NCBI GenBank assembly: GCA_964234715.1
Contig: OZ174278.1
Source: Podarcis melisellensis
Taxonomy: Eukaryota
Reading direction: 5' to 3' (one strand)
DNA: 64,000 nucleotides
Of the stretch, positions 10,381-22,379 are shown in pieces (position 1 is the first letter of the stretch; each line of letters starts with the position of its first letter). Made by a program: the position numbers and the translations under genes. Below the pieces are notes generated by a model, which was not told the origin of the DNA, ran no database searches, and saw only the letters and a list, made by a program, of their open reading frames with translations.

Positions 10381-11877
10381 CTCTAATCTCTTAGGAAATA
10401 CTGCATTTTAATGCATTCCCCTCCACATCAGCTTTTATACAAACTGAGAAAAGAGCTATATAGGTACATTTTAAATTGGTAAAACAACATGTACGCAGCC
10501 GTAGTTCCCTCCATCTTACTTCAGCAGCACATTTATGCAGAAGCCATTCACCGCTATCATAGGTTTCTTGAAACATTTGACAGCAATCAAATGTTGTTAT
10601 CACTCGACAACAACACCTGAACACTCTTGTCAACAGCCTTTGACTGTCAACAGCATTTAGAAAATTGACAGGATTCTGCTATTGATGCTTTCAGAATTTG
10701 ACAGCATTCAACAAGATTAATTTAGACTTTTTAGAGCTGCTACATTTTTTAGTTACAACTACCTTTCCACCTAACTTTGTAGCACATGTCGATATAATTA
10801 ACACATCTAGTCTACCACCAAGATTCTCAGATGGGGTAATTCTGGTGGTTCCCCATGCCCCTGAAATTCAGTTGGCCTTCACCTGACACTGAGCTTTTAG
10901 TGTGTCATACCCTGCTCTAGGAAACTCCATTTTTATTCATATATATTGTATACCAAGTTGATATATTTGTAGGAGCCATTGATTCTAAGTATGCAAATAA
11001 GTAAATAAATAAATAAATGAAATAACAATAACATTTTTGAATTTCAGATGATGAATATTAATAGTTTGAAATTCCAAAGCAACCAAAAAAATTCAAAGAT
11101 TTTTACATTGGAAAAGAATTGTGACGATTTGGTTGCAACAAAATGCCGCAATGTGGAGTTTTCCTGTTCACAGTACTTGCCAGTCTTCAATCATACTGCA
11201 ATCCCCTCCCCCACCCATTTTCCATTCATCATCCAGCAGTCAGTTAGCATTCTCTGCCCACTGAGCACACTCTGATCTTATAGTATAGTTTTAGTTTTCC
11301 TGTCTACTGTAGGGTTTTTGTTTTTACTTTTTTTTTGGTAGTTCTGCAACTCTTTGGGCTCTCCCAAGCCAGCTAATACCGACATCTTTTGTGTTGATAA
11401 TGCTATACAAATTGCTTATTGTAAGTTTGTTTGTTTATTGATTTACACTTTATTTATTGACATAACTTCAGACTAATTTCCATTCTCAGTGTTGCTCACA
11501 CTTAAAGTCATATCCCATATCTAAAAAATGCAGAGACCATCATTCATTATCCTCTAATTGGAGAGCAGTTTCAAACAAAATACATGCAACATAACACAGA
11601 GAATAAAACAACCATGTCAATGTATATATGAAAATATAAAAACCATTGCAAAATAGCAGGAACAGACCAGACCAAAACAAGACCAATTAAAATCAGCCTA
11701 ACAGTTGAAATAACACCAAAACCATGAGAGAACTGAATTTTTTTTCTATACTTACATAGGATATGTATTTAATTATGGGCAATGCTGAGAATAGAAATTA
11801 AATTGCAAATCCCCTTTCTTAGTGACCACTTACATTTATTGTATTGCTAATGCTAAGGAAAAGAGACCCTATCAAAT

Positions 11878-12020
11878 GCTTTGAATGCGGAAGGTCTCAG
11901 GTCCCAATTCTGCCATATCAAGTTCAGAAGTAAAAGACCTCCTGCAGATACTTGGAAGAGCCAAGGCAATACTTGACTTGATGTAGTAATAATCTAATTT
12001 GATATCGGACAGCTTCCCAC
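11878..12020 (+). mobile_element. Diverged tRNA-headed SINE with CR1-type tail
   Basis: gctttgaatgcggaaggtctcagg...acagcttccc; same family as 41641-41820. Confidence 0.45.
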
Positions 12021-13742
12021 TTGGGTTCTGTACAAGATCCAACTCGTGGTGGGGGCAAGTTTAATAAAACATTCATGAATGTGGTGTTTTACTTAAAAAT
12101 GAGTAGAACATGATGGGTAAAACTTCGGGCTGTCTTGGAACATGACTTTATGCCAGCAGGAATAATTAACTTTAAGACTTTTTATGTCAAGGTAAGGCAT
12201 TCAGGGAAAACGAAAATTGCTGACATGAGTGAACAATAACTTATGCCAGTCTGGCCTTCACATCTCCTGTCATTGACTTTGATGTTGACTTCTAATAGAC
12301 AAAAGGACTATAATAAACTGAACTCGGGCACACCATGGTTCAAGGGTAGTGCAAGTAGCATATGTCAAGTGGAAGGGGAAGAGTCTCAAGTCAGCAGTAG
12401 TTGTAGGAGCAGCAAATGCAAATGAATTCTAAGGCAACAATAGAATGTAAAGACAAGATCCTATGATCACTATGAGGGAGCCACAGGATAGTTCAGATCT
12501 TCCCAGCTAATACTGGAGACATAGCGTTAGTGTCAGAGTGGGGTTTCTGATTCTGGTTCCTCCTTCCTCACAACCACTGAATCCTCTGAAGCCTTGGCTC
12601 AACCACCCAATATCATTAGGGCCAAAAGGAGCCATACTGGAAGTGTGCCAGGCAGCCATTTTTATCCCAGGAATCCAAAGCCATCTCAGTCACCCAGCAT
12701 GCCCTGAAGTTAAGGAGAAATCTCTCCCTTTCTAATGAAAATATGAACAAAAATTAAAGCAAAAGACAAATAGAGGAATACTAGATCATTTCTCTGTCCT
12801 GACTTCTGCCTTTCTGACTTGAGCCAATAGTCCATTGTTTATGATGGTAAAAATGATATTTGTATTCCCAATACAATGTCCTCAGAATTGCAGCCTGTGG
12901 GAGTTTATTAATTATCCATTTCATAAAAATTATATACTGCTTGATACAATTAAATTTTGAGAGATCTCTTCCCTGCTCTGCAGGTGATTTTATCCAAGTT
13001 TTGTTTTGACCTGAAAGAAACATTTCCAAATACAGACCCCCCCATATTTAAACCACCCTAGGTTTTAAGCTGATGTGTTGTACGACAATGGAAAAACCAC
13101 TGATATAGGCATGATAGCCAATAATTCAGCTGTAGGAAATTTAACTCACCCACAATTTGGTTTGCGCAAAAAGAGCCATTCATTAAAGCTAAATTTCATT
13201 ACATAATTAATTCTAAAGAAGCAGTTTAAATAAACAGAAAGCTCTAGTGAAATTTTCAATACACCTAGTTACCCTTTGAATGAGTAAACCAATGAAGCCG
13301 GGTGGGTGGGGGAGGGTGTTGCCATAAATTCATATAAAAAGAGTATAAATTATATGTTGCTTTCATGAAAGTGCAGGTGTGATCTTCTGTTCTCCTTCAA
13401 GTCAGTAAGCATGATTTTGTCTGATTAATTACTGCAACATCAGACCTATTTTTAAGGATAGAAATGTGCAAATACACTCTACAGCCTTTGATTTTTCTGC
13501 AAGACAAAAACTGCTGTTTGGAAAACAGGAAAAGCAGTCAGAAGCAATATAATTTAAAGGTCAGGTAGTGGGGCTTGCACATGAAGATCTAAATTCAAAT
13601 CCTTGGCTCACCATATGGATTATTTTGGAGCAAGTAAATATTGTTTGAGGCTCTATTTCTAATTTTAAATGCAAAGAATAATGTAATCAATAGAAAGCTT
13701 CTGAGGATAACCCCCAACTTTACCTTTGATGGTTATGTAGAT

Positions 13743-13870
13743 CAGAGGGGCCAATATGGTACCCCAAAAAAGCTGCGGATTACAAGACCCCTCTGCCTCA
13801 GTCAGTATTGCTAATGGTTAGGGATGAGGGGAGTTGTAGTCCACAGCATTTGGAAGGCATCATACCTTTG
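13743..13870. mobile_element. ~110-130 bp palindromic hAT-like MITE (actacaactccc/gggagttgtagt family)
   Basis: ggattacaagaccc...ggggagttgtagtccacagcatttgga; same family as 30869-30980. Confidence 0.55.
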
Positions 13871-14237
13871 AAATAGATTGTGGAAGCAGCTCCAGTCAAG
13901 CACTTCTCAGGATTGCCCTTGGTAGCCAAAGTGTTCCTGCAATCAGGAACATCATAAGGGGAGCCCAAAGATTTGCAGGAGTACAAAGAGGTCATCATGA
14001 TGAATCCCATACTTGCCCTTTCTCTGACTGTTTCTTTGGCCCTTTTATACCCCCAAACAAACATCAGAGAAGGCATCCAGGTGTCCTTTCCCATCTCTTT
14101 CTGGACCCCTTTACAACTTTCCCCAGCAGATGGCCACATCCTCTCCAATCCCCTTTGTTTTGAATTGCATCTATAGAGAAATGCCCCAACTTCTTTCTTC
14201 TGAAGCCTACAAACAGCCATACAAGTGTTTCATACTA

Positions 14238-14461
14238 CAGTGGTACCTCGGGTTGCAGACACTTCAGGTTAGACTCCGCTAACCCAGAAATAGTACCTCA
14301 GGTTAAGAACTTTGCTTCAGGATGAGAACAGAAATCGTGTGGTGGTGGCACGGTGGCAGAGGAAGGCCCCATTAGCTAAAGTGGTACCTCAGGTTAAGAA
14401 CAGTTTCAGGTTAAGAACGGACCTCCGGAACAAATTAAGTTCTTAACCTGAGGTACCACTG
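14238..14461 (+). mobile_element. Tc1/mariner (Tigger/pogo-like) MITE, copy 1
   Basis: TIR CAGTGGTACCTC...GAGGTACCACTG, left flank TA; near-identical body in four other copies. Confidence 0.9.
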
Positions 14462-14511
14462 CATGCTTACTATTTCATATTGTTTTATACTACAGCAGCC
14501 ATGGCTCAGAC

Positions 14512-14625
14512 CAGAGGTAGCCAACATGTTGAACTACCGCTTCTATCATTCCTGACCATTGGCCAAGGCCAAGCTAGCTGGAGCTGATGGGAGTTGGAGT
14601 TCAACAATATTTCTCACTCTTCTGG
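14512..14625. mobile_element. Palindromic hAT-like MITE (family of 30869-30980)
   Basis: cagaggtagccaac...tcattcctgaccattggcc...gctgatgggagttggagttcaacaa. Confidence 0.55.
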
Positions 14626-15891
14626 AAGTAATTGTGGACATTGTAGAAATCACCCAGTCCACAACCCTCTCCCCTCTCCACTGCCATGCGTTGGCAAAAA
14701 GGGATTTTTAAAACCCATTTGATTCAAAGGTTAATTAGCTCTTCTAGCTCCAATCAGTGCTCCCAAGGACTCAACACACTTCTGCTTTGTTTTAAGGACA
14801 GGTGTACTTTCCTCCCCCCTCCTTCTCTCCACTTCTAGCTTCTGCCCATGTTTCTTTGGGGCTTTTCAGAATAGTTAGGGAATCTTTTACTCTTTAATCA
14901 AGGTGTGTATTGCAGTTTGCTACCTGCTTGGTTTGCAACTTTGCTGTCTGTAGCCATATTTTTATATATTCTGTCGCTAATTTTTCATGTAATAAGCCAA
15001 ACTTTCTTTATTTCTTTATGTGAAATCTTCTTGTGGGCATAGGGTTAAGAGTTAACATATGTCCATTAAAAGCACATGCCATAATTCTAGCAAAAGAGCC
15101 TAAACGGCTCAGCAGCGTGTATATGAACATATATGAGTGCTGGCTGCAAACATGTGAGTCCAGGTATAAACTTGTAACAGTATTACAATGTGTACACTGC
15201 CCTGATATGGATGAATGAATGAACCACATTGGCCATTCCTGCCTCAGAATATCAAGCTGAGGGGAAAGTTTTGATCAGAGCTATGTTAGAACCTACTTGT
15301 TGTAGCAATTGCAAAATTTATAGATGGTTATAGCCATCCAAAATGGAATGCTTGTCAATAACCTTCTGGATCTCAACTGTTGCAGAAAAATGTATTTGAC
15401 TTTGACTACGAAAGGTCACTCAATGTTTCCATTGTCATCTTTCCAATGCAGCCTGCTTAACTAAAATGCCAATGTGGAATCCATGACCGTCCTTGCTTTA
15501 GTTGTTTCTGCTAACACATAAATGGTCTTGGGTCAATAGATCAAAAACAATGTAACTTAAAGCTGATTCCATGGATTACTGTAAATACATGTTTGTACAA
15601 CGTGCTCAGGAAAATGCCAGGGGGGTTAGATGCTGTGGCAGAAGGTGGGAAATAATTTCCCTGAATAATAGGTAATACCTCAGAGGCTCTTCACCTTCTA
15701 ACAATTAAATAAATGCAAGAGCAGCAGCCACATTTGAGAAATAATCAAATATTTAAAAGGTTAATGTGAAGAAACTATTTTTATGACGAGCAAATTAAAC
15801 GTTAAAGGTTGTTCTGTTATGAACACTGTTGGGATTGCAAATAGTTTACTGCATGAAGGTTTTATTCCTAACTGAAGCCAGATAAATACAT

Positions 15892-16830
15892 TGTGTCGGG
15901 GTTCACCTGGCAGTCTGCCAGGAAGCAATTAAACTGATACTGTTGCTAAGGAGATGACTATGTAAACAGCGGGACTTCAGTTATGATAGTTTGTGAAAGG
16001 AGTCAGCATTTACATGAGTCAGGTTGTGATTGGTCAGCATTCCATTCAAATGCATTGAGTCATAGTTAAAGGCCAATGAGGTTTCAGTATTCCCCTGAAA
16101 AAGTGGTGATTGGTTGGAGGGTTCTGACTGGAAAGAATAAAAGGGCAGGCTGAGCAAAGTTGGGGACAGTTGGATACATGGTGGGAGGAAATATGAAGAG
16201 ATTCACTGAATCTCAAGCAGCAAGATTTGAGATAGTCTGAAGGGGAGGGCAGCAGCCACAGTGGGGCGGGGACAACAGCTGGCATCCAGAGGTGGGCAGA
16301 GAGAACTAATGGTTTATGGGATAGCAATCTCTTAAAGCTAAAAGCACTGAAAGAAGAAACAGAGGGAGAGAAGATTTTATTAAGAGGGAGAACTGAGACC
16401 AGAGTGTTGGAAGTTGCTGGTTAACCTGAAGAAACAGCTAGTCCCTGGCCAGAGATAAGAGTACTAAGAATTGAAGTCTGTGGGGGAGAGAAACCTGAGC
16501 ATGAAGAATACTTCTGTAAAGTTCTCTATGATTTAACAGGGGTGTATATAAAAAAGTTCATTGTCCAATGGTTAAGTACAGAGCTGGGAACGAGAGCACG
16601 TCTCTAAATAACCTCATTTAACCTCTTTAAAACAACAGCAACATCTTTAAGCTATTATCAAGCTATGCATTGTTAGAAAACCTATTTGCAAATAACCCTT
16701 ATTCCATCAATTTAAGTAAGCTTTAAGAAATTATAATATTTTGGTTTGATTTCCAAAAAAAATAATAGTCTCCTGGTCCCTTTGTCCAAAGCCTATACTC
16801 AGCTGTCATATGCAATAAAAGGATAACAAA
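15892..16830 (+). mobile_element. Possible old LTR-like element
   Basis: Begins TGT; several CCAAT/ATTGG boxes, ATAAAA, purine-rich R-like region and AATAAA at ~16814. Termini and TSD not confirmed. Confidence 0.3.
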
Positions 16831-18386
16831 GGTATTTTTTAAAAAATAATAATAATGGTGGCAGTAGGACTATAATAGCCCCAAGGAATGGTCTTCTACT
16901 AACTATTGTTTTAGTGGTGTTTTGTGTTTTGTTGTTGTACATCACCCTGATTTTATATATCTATGGTGGTATAGAACTGCTTAAATAAAGGGTATGTGAA
17001 TATTCCAGTTTTAGTCCCCCCCCTCTCTCTCTCATTTTTCCAATCTGAAATTCAATTCTCTACATTTTCACATCAGTTTACTTAATTTTTTTAAAGTTCT
17101 CATTAATATTCCAAAGCATATCCATTTTTCTTTGCAATTTCCCCATTTCATAATCTCCTATGAGAGAATGAGTACCTGAAGATGTCCGTGTGGCCTAAAA
17201 TAGTTCACGGCTACCCTAATATGCCTAAGATGGACCAACATTTGCTTGGCCCTGAAGGAACATGTTTCATATTCCTAGAGAAGTGCTTCAGTTTCCTTCC
17301 TTGAAAAATTCAGGAGTAGGCTAAAGAACATTGCACCTATCTAACCCCATTTATTAAAATGAAAGCATCATTCAGTTGATTCTGAGCATTGAATGGACGA
17401 CTATAAAAGCTCTATAATAAAACACTAATATTCTTCCATTCATCTTGATTAATGCTTATGTTTACATACCTTTTCTCCATTAAAGTATACTGCAGGATGG
17501 GGCGGGGGGAAGCATGCACAGCACATCATTAATCAGGTTGTCATGTAGACAATATCATGACTTAGACAAACATGACTACAAATCAGATTCCTTCACACTT
17601 TGGGTTAAAACACAAGAGTGTCATAGATTTGCAGAGATCAGTCAACTTGACGGATGTTGTTATGACCCATAATAATGTTGTCCATTACATGAGCTAAAGA
17701 GGCAGTTGCATCATTTATAAAAGGCATGCAATTTGTGTGATGGTAGTACTAATGGTGCACAGTAACTCAAACAAATGAGGAGTGTGATTTAGGGAAACCA
17801 TCAAGCAACTAATAAATCAGCAATACAACCTTTAATTCAGAAGCCTGATTTGTAAATCAGTCAGCTCAATTTTAAACATGCATGATTTATATAACAATCT
17901 GATGATTTATTAAGGTTATTGGTTGCCCTGTTTTGAAAATTAAAATAAAAAAAGTTACCAAACACTATAGAAAGATACAGAAGACTAAATTTTAGGAAGT
18001 GATGCTGAAAGTTAAACGTACAATAGTTGCATTCACATATGTAAACAAGGATAGCACAATCTTTGGCTGCAGTACATTTCTGGGCTCAATTCAAGGTGCT
18101 CACATTAGTGTATTAAGCCCTAAATGACTTAGGCCTCAGATATAAGAAAGATCATTCCCATCCGTATCGACCTCTTAGTAGTTCCGTCAACCTTAGAAGT
18201 GTGGGGAAGGATGATGCAGAAGATGATTTTCTCTGCAGCAGGCCCTAGATTGTTCAACTTCCTCTGTAGAGAAGTGCATCTAGCATCTTCATGGAACACT
18301 TTTCACCATATGCTATTTACTTTGGCCTTTGGCAGTGAAGGTATTTTGCTCTTTGTGACCCACCTCCTTTGTTGAATTCATTTTGC

Positions 18387-18524
18387 CAGGGCTTTTTTTT
18401 ACAGCTGGAACTTACTGGAACTCAGTTTTGCCACCTCTCAGGTGGGCGCCATTGCCATTCTAAGAGAACAAAGGAGGTGTTCATGTTGAGTTCTGGCACC
18501 TCTTTTTCTAGAAAAACAGCACTG
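18387..18524. mobile_element. hAT MITE (138 bp)
   Basis: TIR CAGGGCTTTTTTT...AAAAACAGCACTG; 8-bp flanks cattttgc / catattga (6/8 match). Confidence 0.75.
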
Positions 18525-18559
18525 CATATTGATCTGTTCCATTTTGAAATGGTTTTATG

Positions 18560-18705
18560 CAGTGCTTTTTCCCCTTAAAAATGTTTAGGGGTACCCTTAT
18601 TTTCCTACTCATATTGAAATACTGCCCGTCAATGAGGCCAAACTTAGATTCACAAAATGTTGAGGGGTATGCGTATCCCTGGGTCCCTCCAGAAAAAAAG
18701 CACTG
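18560..18705. mobile_element. hAT MITE (146 bp)
   Basis: TIR CAGTGCTTTTTT...AAAAAAGCACTG; perfect 8-bp TSD GTTTTATG at 18552-18559 and 18706-18713. Confidence 0.9.
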
Positions 18706-18816
18706 GTTTTATGTGTTTTTAAATTGCAGTGGTTTTCATCTGCTTTAATATTGTGCTTTCTGGTGGTTACAGTATAACCTGCCTTGGTAAAGGGTGGGTA
18801 ATCAATCTTATAATGA

Positions 18817-19196
18817 GGTATGCGGGTGGCGCTGTGGTCTAAACCACTGAGCCCGTTGGGCTTGCTGATCAGAAGATCAGCAGTTCGAATCTGCGTAATG
18901 AGGTGAGCTCTCGTTGATCTGTGCCAGCTCCTGCCAACCTAGCAGTTCGAAAGCACACCAGTGCAAGTAGATAAATAGGTACTGCTTCAGTGGTAAAGTA
19001 AACAGGGTTCCTGTGCACTCTGACTTCTGTCATGGTGTTCCGTTGCACCAGAAGTGGTTTAGTCATGCTGGCCACATGACCCGGAAAGCTGTTTGTGGAC
19101 AAATGCTAACTCCCTCAGCCTGAAGTGAGATGAGCGCCGCAATCTATAGTCACTCTTGACTGGACCTAACCGTCCAGGGGTCCTTTATCTTACCTT
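18817..19196 (+). mobile_element. Sauria SINE (Squam1), full length
   Basis: gcgggtggcgctgtggtctaaaccactgagcc, B box gttcgaatc, ...ccaggggtcctttatcttacc tail. Confidence 0.92.
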
Positions 19197-20412
19197 ATAA
19201 AAAAAATGAATGAATAAATGAATGAACTATCATCTGGGACAAATGTGTGAGTCACTAGATGCTGTGAGGTCTATCAGTATAAGTGGCTCGCTTTTTAGAA
19301 GAATCCGATTAATGTGGAAAGCACTGAATACGTTAAAAGAGCACCACTAGTGGGGAGATGCAATGTCCACAGTCACACGCCACTGAGCAAAGTTGCCGCA
19401 AGCTCTTTTGTGCCTGGCCTGAAGTTTCTATGAATGCTTACAGAAGTTTTTCTTTTATTATTTTTAGATCCCAGTTTTTCAAAAAATATTGCAAGTGCCT
19501 GCAAAGTCAGATAAAAGCTGAATCACATCTATGTGAACCTACAAATGTGTCATCTACGAATAGATGACATATTGGTCTATACAGGGTCATGCGGGTCATG
19601 CACACCCTTGTGTGTGCATTTGTCCATACACAAACACTTCACCCCCCCCTTATTTATAGTGATGCTTTCCAACCATAGTGGTAGGTGGTACTTCTGCTGT
19701 CCCCTGCCCTCAATTACTACTTTCCCATCCTCCATTACCTCCACTATTATCTTTTATCAACTGAGCCTGTGTGCAAGTATTTCTCTAACTGTGTGAATGC
19801 ACTATGGATATTATATACCTAGTTATAAGGCCTGGTGTGTTTTACATTTTACTTTCTGTGTAAATTCTGCATTGCTTTAAAAATGCCTGTAGGATTAGAT
19901 TTTGATCTAATCTACGCCAGCATGAATAAGATATTATTCCATTTTAGAATGGAATGTGTGCTGTGGTGGCATTCTTTCACAGCATTCCTTGTGTGTCCTC
20001 AACACAATATTTTAACTGAGGCTTAGCATATTTTATGATCACATTTGATCCAAATTCCTTTCCATATTTTAATTCCATTGAAACTATAATGTATTCAGTG
20101 AAACCAGGGGTTGTGTCTTTAGCATTTCATGCCATCGACAATTCATTAGAAATCCCAACAGAAATCAGACAGCATTCTGTCTTCAAAAAATCTAAAATAA
20201 TGCATAATATGACCCCCCAACTGATTTGCCAAAGTAACACAATGAATAAGGACTTCCGTGGTTTGGCACTAAATGAATGCACTGCTTTGAATGCTATCCA
20301 AAAGCTTCCTTGCACATATTTTTTTCAGAAAATAAATGAATAAATAAATGGTCCCATAATGTAATCAGATGAGATCAAGAGAAAAGACACCAGCACAAAA
20401 GAAGATTAAAAT

Positions 20413-20545
20413 TCGGTAGAGCATTAGTCTCTTAATGTCAGGTTTGTGGGTTTGAGCCTCACATGGGCAAAAGCTTCCTGCACTACAGGGGTTTGGACTA
20501 GATGACTCTCGTGGTCCCTTCCAGCTCTACAATTCTATGATTCTG
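20413..20545 (+). mobile_element. tRNA(Lys)-like-headed SINE with CR1-type tail
   Basis: ggtagagcattagtctcttaatgtcagg...gggtttgagcctcacatgggc, then ggactagatgac...cccttccagctctacaattctatgattct; sister copy at 33760-33886. Confidence 0.8.
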
Positions 20546-20684
20546 TATTGAAATGAGAGGTCTTCCATGGCATACAAGGAAGAAAAACCCACAATCAGCC
20601 AATTGCTACTTTCACACTCAAGGTAATGTGAAAGTTAGCATCCCTATTGTAACATTTTATTTGACATTCAGTAATATGAATTAA

Positions 20685-21040
20685 GGGACGCGGGTGGTGC
20701 TGTGGTCTAAACCACAGAGCTTAGGGCTTGCCGGTCAGAAGGTTGGTGGTTCGAATCCCCGCGACGGGGTGAGCTCCCGTTGTTTAGTCCTAGCTCCTGC
20801 CCACCTAGCAGTGCGGAAGCACGTGCAAGTAGATAAATAGGTACCACTCTGGCAGGAAGGTAAACGGTGTTTCTGTGTGCTGCTCTGGTTTCACCAGAAG
20901 CGGCTTAGTCACGCTGGCCACATGACCCGGAAAAACTGTCTGTGAAAAAACGCCAGCTCCCTCGGCCAATGGAGTGAGATGAGCGCCGCAACCCCAGAAT
21001 CGTTCGCAACTGGATTTAACTGCCAGGCGTCCTTTACCTT
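20685..21040 (+). mobile_element. Sauria SINE (Squam1), full length
   Basis: gggacgcgggtgg...gttcgaatccccgcgacgggg...cctttacctt; 13-bp TSD taatatgaattaa (20672-20684) / taatctgaattaa (21041-21053). Confidence 0.95.
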
Positions 21041-21362
21041 TAATCTGAATTAAAATCTGCTACAAAAGTAATATATTTGACATGTTGAATTACAATGCTA
21101 TCCACATACTAAAACACACACACATACACAAACGATGTGTGTTATGCATTGAACACGTTAAAAGGGCAATGCCAGAATACATGGAGCATAAATCTAAGTT
21201 CATTAAAGTGATTGAATAAATCACAGTCCCGGTGAACAGCGGAGTATTCATCTGGGAAAAAGAAAATGTAAGTCTGTACAACAACATTCTGTAAAGAACT
21301 AACTCCACAAAGAGCTCCGGATCCCACAACAGTAGCTAATCTTATGTCATTCGTTCTACTAG

Positions 21363-21442
21363 ATTTTGTCACCTGCATCTTTCGGCGTTCTGGTCTTTTT
21401 TAAATATTCTGCTTTAAAACAAAATCAGAAAGCTGCACTAAG
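21363..21442 (+). other. Candidate spliced exon (80 nt) of an unidentified transcript
   Basis: Branch-like ctaat, then ...tcgttctactag acceptor; donor AAG|gtaatg; upstream donor AAT|gtaagt at 21267/21268; local CpG retention. No recognisable protein. Confidence 0.25.
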
Positions 21443-22379
21443 GTAATGCACATTTTGTGCCAAGGGGAGCTGATTAGTGCCACCTAGATATGTAATTCAT
21501 GTGCAACATGTTTGCACATTGTTGTTTCTGGAAAGTTACTCTGCTTCCGCACCGCAGAGAGGTGCAAAGAACTGTGAAGGCCATTGAAGGAGCTTCCTCC
21601 ACCCACTAGAGATGTTTTACAGCTATGTACTCCAATCAGTGGCTTCCAAGCTCTCAGCAGACATCACCACTTTTCAAACTTATCTCTTCAACAATATGGC
21701 CTGGAAACATCTTTTAGAAAAGAAAAAGAACAGATGTAAACTGAGCTTCAGCATGTTGACTTATGCACTCATCATTTTGACAGTTCTGCATATATACTTA
21801 CAGTGACCTTTTATGATGCATTAACTAAAAGCAACACTTTCCCTGCCTACGTTTAAGAAATTGCTACTCTTTGTGAACCCCTAAAGAGATGCATGGCAAA
21901 ATGACACTGTACAAGTTTTACACTTCATCACTTCATCAGAATAATAAAATGCAGCAGCAGGCTTTCAGCCAGTATTTGCTCTCCCAAGGCTACATCTTCC
22001 TGCATTGCTGACTCATCTTCACTATTAAGCAGATGGACACAGGAGCTCTTTATTGTCAACGTCTTATCAGAAACATTTAGAAGCCACTTAAGAAAGTGCA
22101 ATAAATTTTGAATTTCTAATTTAAAAAATGAGCACGATGCTTCTCAGAATACAGAATGTGAGAGGAGGAGATCACTTGTTTTAATGGTGCTCATATTTAT
22201 GCCCTACTTTTTCTGGCTTGCTAGCACTCCTTTATTGCTTGAAAAAGAAAAACAAGGTGAAGAGGGCTCCGTTTACCTGGAATCCTACTGGGTATGGCAG
22301 CAAAACAACATCAAAGAAGTGCATTTAGACAGAGAAATGTGATGGAAACACACTTTATTTTTCATTAAAGTGGGATTGC

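Larger units (their letters stand above)
18075..18810 (+). mobile_element. Decayed L2 LINE 3' end carrying two nested hAT MITEs
   Basis: ttctgggctcaattcaaggtgctcacattagtgtattaagccctaaatgacttagg translates as FWAQFKVLTLVY*ALNDLG, the L2 C-terminal F.FK.L...KAL..LG motif. Confidence 0.65.

Noticed and set aside
20413-20470. tRNA-like sequences (also 20685, 29650-29721, 41760-41820, 50250-50320)
   Set aside because: Each continues into a SINE body or tail and lacks an intact cloverleaf; these are SINE heads, not tRNA genes.
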